Under the pieces are notes generated by a model that was given only the letters and a program-made list of their open reading frames with translations, searched no databases and was not told where the DNA came from. Below are positions 51,338 through 61,793 of a DNA stretch of 64,000 bases, piece after piece; positions within the stretch are counted from its first letter, which is position 1; the number at the start of each line of letters is the position of its first letter. Both the position numbers and the translations under genes were made by a program. This DNA comes from an uncultured virus (IMG/VR IMGVR_UViG_3300036766_000780) (Duplodnaviria > Heunggongvirae > Uroviricota > Caudoviricetes): IMG/VR virus record IMGVR_UViG_3300036766_000780, one strand, 5' to 3'.

Positions 51338-52462
51338 TTAATTGTTTTCGACATTTGTATTTCCTCCATTATTTATAGGGCTAGATATTAATTTACTATG
51401 ATTCCTTCTATCGTTGTTGATTCTAACCGTATTAGCAAATTCACTGGTGTATTCTACAAATTCACCCTTTTTAAAGCCGACCGGTATTTTTTTTCCAACA
51501 GAGTTCTTAAATCTTGATTTTTTTATTATAAATTCGCTTCTAAGATTTTCTCTATCAATCCTAAGCTCTATTGCAGTCGTAGCTATGTTCATTATGGCTT
51601 TAGATTTCTCTATCCTATCTTTAAAATCGGCGTCCTCGTCTTGAGAAGATTTTAACTGACTCAATAAGATTATAGGAGCGTCATATACGTTTTTAAATTG
51701 ATCTAGATAGCTTCCCATATTAGATATAACCTTCCATTGATCCATGCTTGGATTATCGGTTGAGCCGCTTACATTTTGTATATAGTCCAATATTATTACA
51801 TCGTATTGGATTTTATATTTGTCAGCCTTAACCTTAAGGGCTTCGCAGACACTCTTGATTCCTTCTAGCGTAGTGGTTGTTCCTCCTACTCCGTTGAAAA
51901 AATCATCTACTATTTCTATTCTTTGTAAAAGAATCGGATATAATTTTTCACAAGTTATTCTCTGTTCTTCAGTTATCTTGTTGTGGTCCGTATATACCCA
52001 GTTATTAAGTAAGAACACTATTCTATTAAGCATATCGTTAGTGTTTTCTTCATTAGTTAATATTAAGATTTTGCCTTTTTGCATTATAGTGGATAGTATT
52101 ATATTAGTCGATACCGTTGTTTTCCCTTCTCCTGTTGTTGCTCCTATCAATATTATATTTCTAGGAAAAAAAGCTATTTTATCTTCAAAAATCTTTAATC
52201 CTAGAAATATCCTAGAATTTTTAGCCATTGCTAAATAGTCATTATTTTTCTTTATTAAATCATTAATTCTATCAGGATCACAAGCTCCTAGTTTGCTCTC
52301 TACCGATTTCAGAGCTTCTTTTTTGCTTTTTCTTACCAATAAATCACTATATTTTTCTTCTACATAACTTTCCCTAATTTTGAAATTTTTCTGTTCAAAA
52401 TCATTTCTTTTTTTGATAGCCTCTTCTATAGGATTGAATATTTGTTCAGTTTTATCTGTCAT
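51338..52462 (-). CDS. dnaB: DnaB-like replicative helicase
   Basis: GATTGEGKT, ILDYIQ, LSQL, KSRF. Confidence 0.8.
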   Translation of the reverse strand: MTDKTEQIFNPIEEAIKKRNDFEQKNFKIRESYVEEKYSDLLVRKSKKEALKSVESKLGACDPDRINDLIKKNNDYLAMAKNSRIFLGLKIFEDKIAFFPRNIILIGATTGEGKTTVSTNIILSTIMQKGKILILTNEENTNDMLNRIVFLLNNWVYTDHNKITEEQRITCEKLYPILLQRIEIVDDFFNGVGGTTTTLEGIKSVCEALKVKADKYKIQYDVIILDYIQNVSGSTDNPSMDQWKVISNMGSYLDQFKNVYDAPIILLSQLKSSQDEDADFKDRIEKSKAIMNIATTAIELRIDRENLRSEFIIKKSRFKNSVGKKIPVGFKKGEFVEYTSEFANTVRINNDRRNHSKLISSPINNGGNTNVENN

Positions 52463-52863
52463 TTTTGTATCCTATTAATATTCCGTATTCTTCATCAAAA
52501 TTGACATCACTAAATTCTATGTCAGAAGGATCTATATCGCCATCGTCGATATATTCGCCGTTTTCTGATTCTATATTCTGTTCAACAGGATCTATTTCTT
52601 TAAACGCAGAGTCCTTAGCTTCCATTAAATCAAAAGCCAGCAAATAAGACAATAAATTGGAAATTTTGAGATCATGTTCATCATAACGTAAACGTTGTCC
52701 TATAGATTCCATTATAAGACTGCCTAACACTATAAAATCATCATCGTTTTTTAAACCGGCGTTTTTAAGCTTTATAAATAATAAGATAAGATAAGATTGA
52801 TTTACAACATCACTAGCGTCTGTGAAATTATATGAATCAGAAGACCACTGTTTGACTATTTCT

Positions 52864-53754
52864 TTAAAAGAGTTCATTTTCTTTATTTTTTGCTATTCTA
52901 TTGAGTATAGATTTGGCTATTACTACTTCTTTATCCATACCCTTATTTGTCTTTATAAACTTATTAATATACGATCTCTTTTCTTTTTTAGACATCGTGG
53001 ATAATTTATTTTTTATACTTTCCATATCCTTATAATCCTCCATATCAATCATTATCTCTTCAGGATTACTATCATTTAGATCCTTATCATATATTAATCC
53101 ATAGTCCTTGTCAGATAGACCTTTAGCATAGGAGTCAATTTCTATTATTCCAAAACCATCTTTGTCCTTTAATTCATTTGTTTTATTTTCTTTTGCTTTA
53201 ATTTTAGCTTCTTTAAATTCCCTTATAGTAATCCCTCTGTATCCAGACGCCTTAGAATCTCTCATTATTGATTCATGACACGATGTTTTAGAATCTTTTG
53301 TCGCCGCAAATATTCTGGTTTTGTCTTTTTCTCCTATTATGTTTGCATTTTTCTTTTTACAGATTATAAATAACCTAATCACTTTCTGTCTTAAAAAATT
53401 AATTAAATTATTTCTTTCTATTTTTTTTATAGATTCATCGGAAGGTAAGTTAGATTCATTTTTATTTTTGAATCTATCGACGTATTTATCCATAATAACT
53501 TTATTATTTTTTAATGAATAAAGATCCATATAGTATAAGGCGTATAGGGTTAATATAGAAGAAACGTCGTCCAGATCAAAGCCAATATGCTTAAATGTTA
53601 TGAAATATTTATCATACATTATATTAGCTGTTTTCTGTATTATGTATTTAAAATCATCTATACCCGAAATATCTACGTCACTTATTCTGGATAAACAATC
53701 TCTTCTTAAGCATAGATCTTCAAAATTATTATAATATTTTCTCTTTCTTGACAT
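52864..53754 (-). CDS. hypothetical protein
   Basis: 296 aa ORF with GAGG RBS. Confidence 0.7.
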   Translation of the reverse strand: MSRKRKYYNNFEDLCLRRDCLSRISDVDISGIDDFKYIIQKTANIMYDKYFITFKHIGFDLDDVSSILTLYALYYMDLYSLKNNKVIMDKYVDRFKNKNESNLPSDESIKKIERNNLINFLRQKVIRLFIICKKKNANIIGEKDKTRIFAATKDSKTSCHESIMRDSKASGYRGITIREFKEAKIKAKENKTNELKDKDGFGIIEIDSYAKGLSDKDYGLIYDKDLNDSNPEEIMIDMEDYKDMESIKNKLSTMSKKEKRSYINKFIKTNKGMDKEVVIAKSILNRIAKNKENELF

Positions 53755-54111
53755 ATCGCCTCTTTTATATAATTTAACACCGTTATTCTTTATTTGCTAT
53801 CTTTTTATTCCTTATTTTTCTGAATTTAGGAAAAGATACTATTTCTTGTCCTACATTGATGAGTTCTGCTATCCTTTCTCTTCTGTATTTTTCATAAAAG
53901 TAGGGAGCACAGTGTATTGATTTAAAGATTCCAGGATTTGTGGCTCTCATTTTTAATAAAAATCCAAAAGGATATTTTTCTTTTAAAAGATAGCCTTCTA
54001 AGTGATATTCCCTTAGTTTTCTCCAAGAATTATTATTTAAATAACACCTATTCTTAGTTTTAATTTCACAGTATTTCTTGAAATCTTCCCAATTAATGAG
54101 ATATTCATTTA

Positions 54112-54420
54112 TCATTTAACTATATCTTCTTTCTTTTTATTGCAGGTTAGACAGTCAAACCATACATTACTACCATAGGCTGTTTTGTGCCATTTATTCT
54201 CGCACACAGGACAGTAAGTGTCGGTATTTATAAATCTATTGTAAAGCTTAAGTATTTCGTTTAGGAATATCTCTCCATATTCATCTTCTCTCGGTATTAA
54301 GTGTTCGTTATCCCATCTAACCACGTAATGATAATTTCCCTTGGTGTCGGTTCTAACAGATCTGACTACACATCTATGACCGCTGACCTCTACCCTGTCA
54401 CCAAACTTAAATTTAGGCAT
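54112..54420 (-). CDS. SH3-like plus zinc-ribbon protein
   Basis: FKFGDRV...CPVC...CLTC. Confidence 0.55.
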   Translation of the reverse strand: MPKFKFGDRVEVSGHRCVVRSVRTDTKGNYHYVVRWDNEHLIPREDEYGEIFLNEILKLYNRFINTDTYCPVCENKWHKTAYGSNVWFDCLTCNKKKEDIVK

Positions 54421-55010
54421 GTTAGTAAGTGTATTGGGTTAAATCGCCTACGGTTCTATCTATTTCAAGAGAAATGCTATTTAATAGCTCATAAAGCTCA
54501 TGTTCGGTTAATCCGTTATCAAAATGGTTATACTTTTTTATGGTCCGAATTTTCTCCTCAACCCTAGATAATGCAACGGCTAATGATCCTGCGTTTACAG
54601 CAGCTAAGATGTCTTCTTTACGGACAATTTCTGGATCAAACTCTAAAATTATTTTTTTACCACTAGATTCATTCATATTACATCCTTTTAGAAAAAATTC
54701 TGATATTTTGTTAATTCTTTTATTTCGTCTTCTGTATAGTTAGTTCTTTTAATTATGTAAGGTATTGATATTCTTATTGTTTTGTACTTATCCTTAATGC
54801 TAAATCTATATCCTATCCCTAGTCTTATTAAATATTTCTTTTGCCATCTATAATTTTTAGATAAAACCCAACTATCCTTTAATAACCTGGAAAAAGAAAG
54901 AACGAATATATACTTATTAATAAATTTTTTCATAGATAAACAATGACCTCGCCTGCCCTAGTCACTTCGTCCGACCCACACTATTATCGGATAGCCTTAA
55001 TTCTAGACAA

Positions 55011-55199
55011 TTACTTAGTAACGGCCAAACTAATTCCAAGTCTTTCTGCTTTGCGGCGAATGGATTTCTCTGTACGGCGTAAAACTTTAGCAATTGAGGC
55101 TGCGTTCATTTTACCGGCGTTTACCGATAAAAAATTTACTGCTTTAATAGAAAAAAGCGTACCTCTTGTAACCAAACGATTTGTTGTTCCTGTAGTCAT
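55011..55199 (-). CDS. small basic HTH-like protein
   Basis: IAKVLRRTEKSIRRKAERLG; AGGAG RBS; TGGTATAAT upstream. Confidence 0.65.
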   Translation of the reverse strand: MTTGTTNRLVTRGTLFSIKAVNFLSVNAGKMNAASIAKVLRRTEKSIRRKAERLGISLAVTK

Positions 55200-55256
55200 C
55201 GTATCTCCTTATTATCTTCCCCTTAATTGAGGATATTTTAAACATTATACCATACT

Positions 55257-56399
55257 TTAGTGGAAATCGGTATTATTTTTATCCGATAAATAATCTTCAC
55301 TGATCCATTTTAGAGCCATTTTACTTTGTTCGTTATCATATCCAATTCTCTTTTTAATAACAACCCCTTCTCTAACTTTTTGTTCTGGGCACAAGATACT
55401 AGGTCCTTTTGTTAATTCATAAATTAATTGTTCATTATAGATACCTCTGTAAAGCACAGGAACGAAATCAAACCCTCTTTCTTTAGCGTAAGACTCGGAT
55501 TCTTCTGGATCTAACCATTTTTGAGTTTCATCTTCTTGCATTATTCTTACGTCAAAAATAACAAGCTTATGCTCTCCCTCTTTGCAGCCATAAGTATAAT
55601 TTTTTTGTATTCCGAATCCGTAAATTTCTGCATGAACAAACTCGCCATCCTTGATTTTTTCTTTAGCAGAATATTTTTGAAGTACTTTTGCGTAGATATC
55701 TTCTCCATAATAGCTATTTTTCCTCATTTTATTAGTTAGTTCTACATTATTGGAACCGTAGACGAATTCATATTTAGGAGTTAATCTAAAAAATTTCATA
55801 ATCTTTTTTAATAAAGTATTTGCCACAAACAGAGGTTTTCCGAAACGAATGTGACTTCCATGGATTTTGCACTGAGCTATAACCTCTTGATTTTTAAAAA
55901 GATCCGGTGCCCATTGAATATTCGTTATGCCGTTATATTTCCTAAAGAACGGGTTCTCTCCTTTCTTATCTCTCATTTTAGGTTGAGAAGCTCCATGAAA
56001 TTCAGCTTGAGGAGGATCGTATTTTAAAATATTTAATAAAGCGGAATAATCTTCTTCTAATTTGAATTCTATATCTGTCTTAAGTCCTCTAATTTTAAGA
56101 AGTTGTTTGATATCGTATTCACTTAAAACCATTCCTTGACTAACTCTACCTCGTAATTTTATCTGACGTACTCTAGATTTTGTTAATTTAACCTTACTTC
56201 CTTCTGGAAATATGAATGTTTCTAAATCCATTGGAAGTATCGAATCTATAGGAATATAAAAAATTTTATCATTAGATCTGAATTGATCTTTTTTTACTAT
56301 GACTTGGAATCCGTAGATAGTAGCGATTTCTAGGGCGTTTGCGTTGTCGTGAGGGTTAATTTCCTTAATAACTGTATAGGGTACTTTAAATTCTGACAT
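55257..56399 (-). CDS. RNA ligase, DRB0094/Rnl family
   Basis: N-terminal HDNANALE..KLRG.VSQG; KIHGS, AEIYG.GIQ, FDV, EGVV, K.IS..YL. Confidence 0.9.
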   Translation of the reverse strand: MSEFKVPYTVIKEINPHDNANALEIATIYGFQVIVKKDQFRSNDKIFYIPIDSILPMDLETFIFPEGSKVKLTKSRVRQIKLRGRVSQGMVLSEYDIKQLLKIRGLKTDIEFKLEEDYSALLNILKYDPPQAEFHGASQPKMRDKKGENPFFRKYNGITNIQWAPDLFKNQEVIAQCKIHGSHIRFGKPLFVANTLLKKIMKFFRLTPKYEFVYGSNNVELTNKMRKNSYYGEDIYAKVLQKYSAKEKIKDGEFVHAEIYGFGIQKNYTYGCKEGEHKLVIFDVRIMQEDETQKWLDPEESESYAKERGFDFVPVLYRGIYNEQLIYELTKGPSILCPEQKVREGVVIKKRIGYDNEQSKMALKWISEDYLSDKNNTDFH

Positions 56400-56419
56400 A
56401 TATTCTCCTATAAGCAAAA

Positions 56420-57370
56420 TTAGTGTTGAAGATCGTTATAATGATCTAATATAATTTCTTCCATTAATTCTCTATTAAAGACATCGGGAAGAGTACTTGT
56501 TTTTTCTATTTCAAATACTTTATTAACTAAATTATCTAGAAGAGGAAACATTTCATCTGCTTTCATTTCTCCTTCTTTGATTCTTTTAACTAAAACTGCG
56601 TCCTTTAATGGAAGGGTAATTTTATGATCCTGTAATAATTCAATAACTTGCAAGGCTACCCTTACACCGTGACTTACCGATTTAAAATCAATGTTCTGAT
56701 TTAATTCAGCAAGTCTAGCTCTTTCTCCGTATTCTTTATGTGCTTTTTCGATACATTTTAATACCTCCGAAACCGCAACTTTGGGACCAAACTTTTTACC
56801 ACAAACATCAAAAAGAACCTCATCGTATTGGGATCTTTTTTGATGAAACAATATATGATCCATCCCTGTAAATTTTTCTTCTAATTCAGCCCAAAATAAG
56901 AATAACCTACAATCTGGACCTTTAGTGTGAAGAAAATCAATAACTTCTCCAAACGTATGTATTCTTCCACCTCTAGCTCCATATTTGTTAACTTGCTGGC
57001 GAATATAGCCTATCATTGCCGAAATATTCTTAGTTAAAAATAATTCTCTTTTGGCGACTATTTTATCCCATAAAGGATGTTTTTCTAGAATCATATTTTC
57101 CGGCGTAAATAACAATTCAATAGCAACTGTTTGACCTGTTTCTAGCATAGATAGGAATTTGAATATTGAATAATATTCTTCATCTACGTCACCAGTTTCA
57201 TTTTTAAGACCTGTACTTAATTTTATGCCTTTTTTGATAACATCTTTTGCTCTCTGCATTATTACGTCTGTATATTCAGGAAGATAGATTCCTCTAATGT
57301 CAACGTCTGATTCGGGAGTATTTGTTCCAAATAACATTGAACCGGCGTAAGCTTTTACTAAAACTTGCAT
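56420..57370 (-). CDS. nucleotidyltransferase (RNA-repair pol-beta/T4 NrdC.11-like)
   Basis: GSMLFGTNTPESDVDIRGI; DFKSVSH..R; STLPD. Confidence 0.85.
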   Translation of the reverse strand: MQVLVKAYAGSMLFGTNTPESDVDIRGIYLPEYTDVIMQRAKDVIKKGIKLSTGLKNETGDVDEEYYSIFKFLSMLETGQTVAIELLFTPENMILEKHPLWDKIVAKRELFLTKNISAMIGYIRQQVNKYGARGGRIHTFGEVIDFLHTKGPDCRLFLFWAELEEKFTGMDHILFHQKRSQYDEVLFDVCGKKFGPKVAVSEVLKCIEKAHKEYGERARLAELNQNIDFKSVSHGVRVALQVIELLQDHKITLPLKDAVLVKRIKEGEMKADEMFPLLDNLVNKVFEIEKTSTLPDVFNRELMEEIILDHYNDLQH

Positions 57371-57380
57371 AAAACCTCTG

Positions 57381-57992
57381 TTAATCAACTCTATAAAATG
57401 TTAAATTGGCATTTTGAACTACGTTACCATTTATATCTTTATTTTCCTTATGAAGCTCTAATCTACTCACGGCAATAGCTATTTCTGAAATCTGATTATT
57501 GCAAATGCTAAATCCTTTTTTTATATATTTTTGCATCCTTCTAATAGAATCTACTGGAAAGGTTAAATTATTTACCATAAGTTTTTTAGAAGCTAAATCT
57601 ATAAAATAATTGTCATCGCAATAAAAATTTTCTCTGTCCACAGCTCCACAACAAACAGTGAAGTCAAAATTACTTATGGTGTCTATGGGATCTTGGAAAA
57701 AATTCTTTTTTACTATTTGATAAACACGACCTTTTATTACAATATTAGCTACTTTGTCAACTTCAAATTTAACTTCATTTCTATCTTTAAAATGATTTAA
57801 CATTTTTTCCATTTCAAACTGATTTGGGAAAAATAGATCAAAATCTTTTATCTTAGTTTTAAAAAAATAATCTTTTATACTTCCACCAGCAATCCAGAAG
57901 TTAAATCTTCCATCTGGATCTAAAACATCATACGCATTTTTTTTGAAAAAATTAATACATTCCTTAGTTCTATCGTTGTTTAATGTCATCAT
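57381..57992 (-). CDS. CCA/poly(A)-polymerase-like nucleotidyltransferase head domain
   Basis: IAGGSIKD..KDFDLF; FDFTVC; R..KY..KGF. Confidence 0.8.
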   Translation of the reverse strand: MMTLNNDRTKECINFFKKNAYDVLDPDGRFNFWIAGGSIKDYFFKTKIKDFDLFFPNQFEMEKMLNHFKDRNEVKFEVDKVANIVIKGRVYQIVKKNFFQDPIDTISNFDFTVCCGAVDRENFYCDDNYFIDLASKKLMVNNLTFPVDSIRRMQKYIKKGFSICNNQISEIAIAVSRLELHKENKDINGNVVQNANLTFYRVD

Positions 57993-58319
57993 AATTTCTT
58001 CCTAAATAAACTAGTATAAGATCCATTAAGTGTCTCTACAAATAAGTTTCCAGACATTCTTTCTTTTTCTTTGGTATTGAATTCTAATTTATAACCATTT
58101 TTCTCCATAAATTTTTGAGCTTCAATAAAATCTGAGAAAGAAGCTAAAACTTCTCTATCTTTAATAACTTCAAAAGATTTATTTTTGTTTCTTACAATGT
58201 TCATTTTAATTCCTTTGGTATAGGTCCTTTCCCTTCGATCCATTCTTCTAACTGCTCTACAGTAAACCATCCACTATCGTTATCTTTTAACAAGGATGGA
58301 TTGAATGATTTTCTCATAA

Positions 58320-58958
58320 TTATTCTCCTCTTACTTTTAATATAAATCCTTTTTTCTTCAAAAAAGCAGTAGAAATTTCTTCAAATACTTTATCACCAAA
58401 TCTATTAAGAGCTAAATTTACTATAACTAATACTAGTCTTACATTATCTCTGGTATATCCCTTTGAGCTATCTATTTTATCTAGGCTGGGAGCATAGGGA
58501 GTATAAAATCTTTCTTTATTTTTATTTCTTTCAAGTTTAAATTCTATATCGGTTAAACAGCATCTACCGTTTTGTTTTTCATACATTTCCAATAAAAAAT
58601 CTAAATCAATATCTATTTTTAGATTTTTCTTTTTAGATCTACATTTAGCCGATTCTAATAATGAATAAACCCTACCTCTGACACTTCTATAAGAAGTATC
58701 TTTTCTTTTTAAATATGCCTCTTTATTGTCAATATATCTATTTTTATTATATTGAGGATTTTCTAATAAATTTTTTTTATATTTTTCTTTACCCTTTTTT
58801 ATAAAATAAGATTTATGTTTTTTATTATAAATGGAATTTCTTTTTTTCTGACAATCTTTACATGAAGCCTGAAGACCATCTGTTGCAGTTGTATCTTTAT
58901 AAAAAAGAGATAATTCCTTATTTTCCTTGCATGAACAACATTTTTTTATCAATTGCAT
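58320..58958 (-). CDS. HNH-like (His-Me) endonuclease
   Basis: CxxC..CKDC, QNGRCCLT, SLDKIDSSKGYTRDNV..VN; own TTGACT-16-TATACT promoter at 58964-58991. Confidence 0.8.
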   Translation of the reverse strand: MQLIKKCCSCKENKELSLFYKDTTATDGLQASCKDCQKKRNSIYNKKHKSYFIKKGKEKYKKNLLENPQYNKNRYIDNKEAYLKRKDTSYRSVRGRVYSLLESAKCRSKKKNLKIDIDLDFLLEMYEKQNGRCCLTDIEFKLERNKNKERFYTPYAPSLDKIDSSKGYTRDNVRLVLVIVNLALNRFGDKVFEEISTAFLKKKGFILKVRGE

Positions 58959-59001
58959 AATTGAGTATACCATACTCTGTAATAAAGTCAAGAAATAGTT
59001 T

Positions 59002-59625
59002 TTAAGGCTTTTTTATCAATAAAAGGAGTTTATTAAAAATATGCACAGTATTTACTGCGTCGCCTAGTGCGTTGTGCTTGTTTAGCTGCTTTCCATCTAT
59101 ATTGCCGTTAAATTGTATGCCCAATCTGCCCATACACTTAGAAAGTCCGCCTACTTTTTTGATATTATTCATAGTCGCATATAATTGAAAAAGATGTTTG
59201 GTATTATAAGCACTTCTGCCGAACACCTCTAAATCATTATTAATATCGTATTTTTTTAATTCTTCAAAATCTCCATGACCCCATTGAACCATAATCCTAG
59301 ATGTATTGTGCTTCTCTCTTAATTCTCTTAAAATTCTATTAGCATCTTCTATTGTTAAGGTTGAAGCATTAACCTCTTCGCTTTTTATCTTAGTTAGTTT
59401 CTCTATAAATGCAGATAGCTTGTGAGGATAATGTAGAGTTAAACAATGATTTTCTAGAAAGATAGGCTCTGGATTCGCTATCTGAAATACACTTATTCCA
59501 ACCTGTATGATCGTGGCTTTTGTAGCAAGACTATCTTTAGCATTGTCTTCGGTATTTGGTCTTTCCAATTCGAGATCAATACTCAAAAATCTAACATCTT
59601 CCGCTAATCTTTGATCTATAGTCAT
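59002..59625 (-). CDS. DEDDh 3'-5' exonuclease
   Basis: IDLE, IIQVG, WG..D, HNALGDA. Confidence 0.85.
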   Translation of the reverse strand: MTIDQRLAEDVRFLSIDLELERPNTEDNAKDSLATKATIIQVGISVFQIANPEPIFLENHCLTLHYPHKLSAFIEKLTKIKSEEVNASTLTIEDANRILRELREKHNTSRIMVQWGHGDFEELKKYDINNDLEVFGRSAYNTKHLFQLYATMNNIKKVGGLSKCMGRLGIQFNGNIDGKQLNKHNALGDAVNTVHIFNKLLLLIKKP

Positions 59626-60669
59626 CTAAGAATCCTTAGAATAAACCAAATTTTCTAATTTTTCATAAAGTTTGGGATCATTTTTAATAGCTTCTGCGAA
59701 GTCACCCTTTGAACTGTAAGATTTACCATCAAAGATATAAGTTCTGTTATTAGGTCTTTCTACTAGATTCAAATTAACAACTAATTCAAAAAGCTCTTCG
59801 TTTGTATTAATTAATCCATTAGAGTAATCAATAGTAAATTGACCACTTCTTCCCGCTCCTCCAAAAGAACATTCTGTATTTTTAACATATATCTTATGAC
59901 CGGTGATTTCCTTATTACCTCTAAAGTCTTTAATTTCGGCATTTTCTAGTTTATTACCTGATAAGTCTGTTTTTCCCTCAGTAGAATTATCTCTTTTTAC
60001 TTCTACGTATGTTTCAAAAAAGTGCTTTTCAGCCCATGCCAATGCTGCTTTTTCTTTTGGTCCATACAGCCCAGCTTCAAAATTAGCCCTAAGATGAGCC
60101 GTAACCATTAGAATGATCTTATGTTTCCTGATGATAGGCAGTATTCTCTTTAGACCCTTAGTAACAGCGTTAGCTCTGTCTCCCATCTGACTATCTGAGA
60201 TACTCTCTGCATCAGCTTCTCTTATACCCATCAAAGCAGTCATGGAGTCAATTATAATAGCTCTTAACGGCATACCGTCATCTATAAGATCTTTTATTTT
60301 TCCAGTGATAAGATCAAAAACCTCTGTTGGATTATTGGTATCAAACGGCATATATCTACTATAATCAATCCCCCAGGGACCTCTTGATTGAAATATAGCT
60401 CTCATTTCTGTATCAAACCTAACAACGATTCCTTCTGGATCATTTTTATGTATATTCCCGGCTATCAAATAGGTAGCTAGAGATTTACCTGCTTTTTGAG
60501 GTCCATAAAATAATATAGAAGATCCTTTAGGAATTCCCGCCGCCTTACCTAAAATCCAATTTAAACTAGGAGAAGGACTTCTTATAACGTTTTCTTCTGA
60601 AAAGGCATCATATCCAGTATCGACGGCACTTTCTTCGTTTTGTAAAATCTTCATCCATTTATTAGCCAT
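59626..60669 (-). CDS. recA: RecA/UvsX-like recombinase
   Basis: YGPQKAGKS, DTE, IIDSM, MGDRA. Confidence 0.85.
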   Translation of the reverse strand: MANKWMKILQNEESAVDTGYDAFSEENVIRSPSPSLNWILGKAAGIPKGSSILFYGPQKAGKSLATYLIAGNIHKNDPEGIVVRFDTEMRAIFQSRGPWGIDYSRYMPFDTNNPTEVFDLITGKIKDLIDDGMPLRAIIIDSMTALMGIREADAESISDSQMGDRANAVTKGLKRILPIIRKHKIILMVTAHLRANFEAGLYGPKEKAALAWAEKHFFETYVEVKRDNSTEGKTDLSGNKLENAEIKDFRGNKEITGHKIYVKNTECSFGGAGRSGQFTIDYSNGLINTNEELFELVVNLNLVERPNNRTYIFDGKSYSSKGDFAEAIKNDPKLYEKLENLVYSKDS

Positions 60670-61244
60670 TTTATTCTCCAACGTTTTGAATATATTCGTA
60701 AAGATTTACTTTATTATCCGCAGTTTTAGATAAATTCATTATGTTTCTACTCTTGCTTATACTTAAACTTCCAGGATAAGTCATCCTGTTATATTTAACA
60801 ATAGCGTCTACTGTTTTTGTGTGTTGTTTTTTATAATCATCGTTGTCTTTCCCTTTAGATAATCTAATGGTGTCAAGCTTTGACACTTCAAAAACAACAT
60901 CATAAACATGAGGTCCATCTCCGTGACTTCCTTTTTTATTCTTCTTCGGTTCCTTGTTATTTTCCATTGTCTTTTTCTCCTGTAGATCTGATCATTCCAG
61001 AAGTTTTTCTCAAAGACAACTTTTCTGGACTCATTTCCTTTTTAACCCTTCTATAATTATATTTTGATTGATTCACTAAAACTCTCATTTTAATTTCTTC
61101 TGGTTTTTTACCGCCCTTTCCGTCAACAACGTATATAATCTTTTTAACCTCTTTACCTACAAGATAAACGCTTTTTTTATTAAGATCTAATTTTAGGGTT
61201 TTTCTAATAATCCTGGCTTTTTTCCCTCTCATAAACTTTCTCTC

Positions 61245-61793
61245 CTATCTAATGTATTTGTTTGAATCTACTCCGCTTCTTATCTCTATGTTCATCTGAA
61301 CCTTCATATACCTACATACGTTTTCAAAAACTTTTATTTTTCCTTCCATGGAAGACTCTACCGCTTTTAGTAAATCAATTCTATCTTTAGCGGATACATA
61401 TTCTGCAATCCTTTGTAAATAAGCCTCTCTAACATCTGAGTTATCTTTAATTTTCTTTTCTTTTAAAAAATCAGGATATTCATCTAATAAATGCCTAGAC
61501 TTAACTTCTCTCAAGACTTTCTCTGATTTAGTTATCTCATACATAACTACGCTTAAATTAGATTTAGCTTCTCTATACCCTTCGTTAAATATGTACTCTA
61601 AATCGGAATAAGTACCTGGATTAACTATCCTAGACTCTATTAGCCTAGATTCTCCCTCTCTAATCTTTGAAACGCTTAGTTTAAAAGATTGTAAAGAACC
61701 GAAAACAGGTATGGTCATTTCTGTTTTTTCGTTAACAGAAACTTCCATACCATGATTTGAACTATTGGAGGCGGGAGCGTTATCTTTTTCCAT
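61245..61793 (-). CDS. coiled-coil protein, possible UvsY-like recombination mediator
   Basis: helical; lies between the SSB and RecA genes. Confidence 0.4.
   Translation of the reverse strand: MEKDNAPASNSSNHGMEVSVNEKTEMTIPVFGSLQSFKLSVSKIREGESRLIESRIVNPGTYSDLEYIFNEGYREAKSNLSVVMYEITKSEKVLREVKSRHLLDEYPDFLKEKKIKDNSDVREAYLQRIAEYVSAKDRIDLLKAVESSMEGKIKVFENVCRYMKVQMNIEIRSGVDSNKYIR

Noticed and set aside
54943..55230. 95-aa + strand ORF
   Set aside because: Antisense to the HTH gene 55011..55199, which has an RBS and promoter and fits the strand context.
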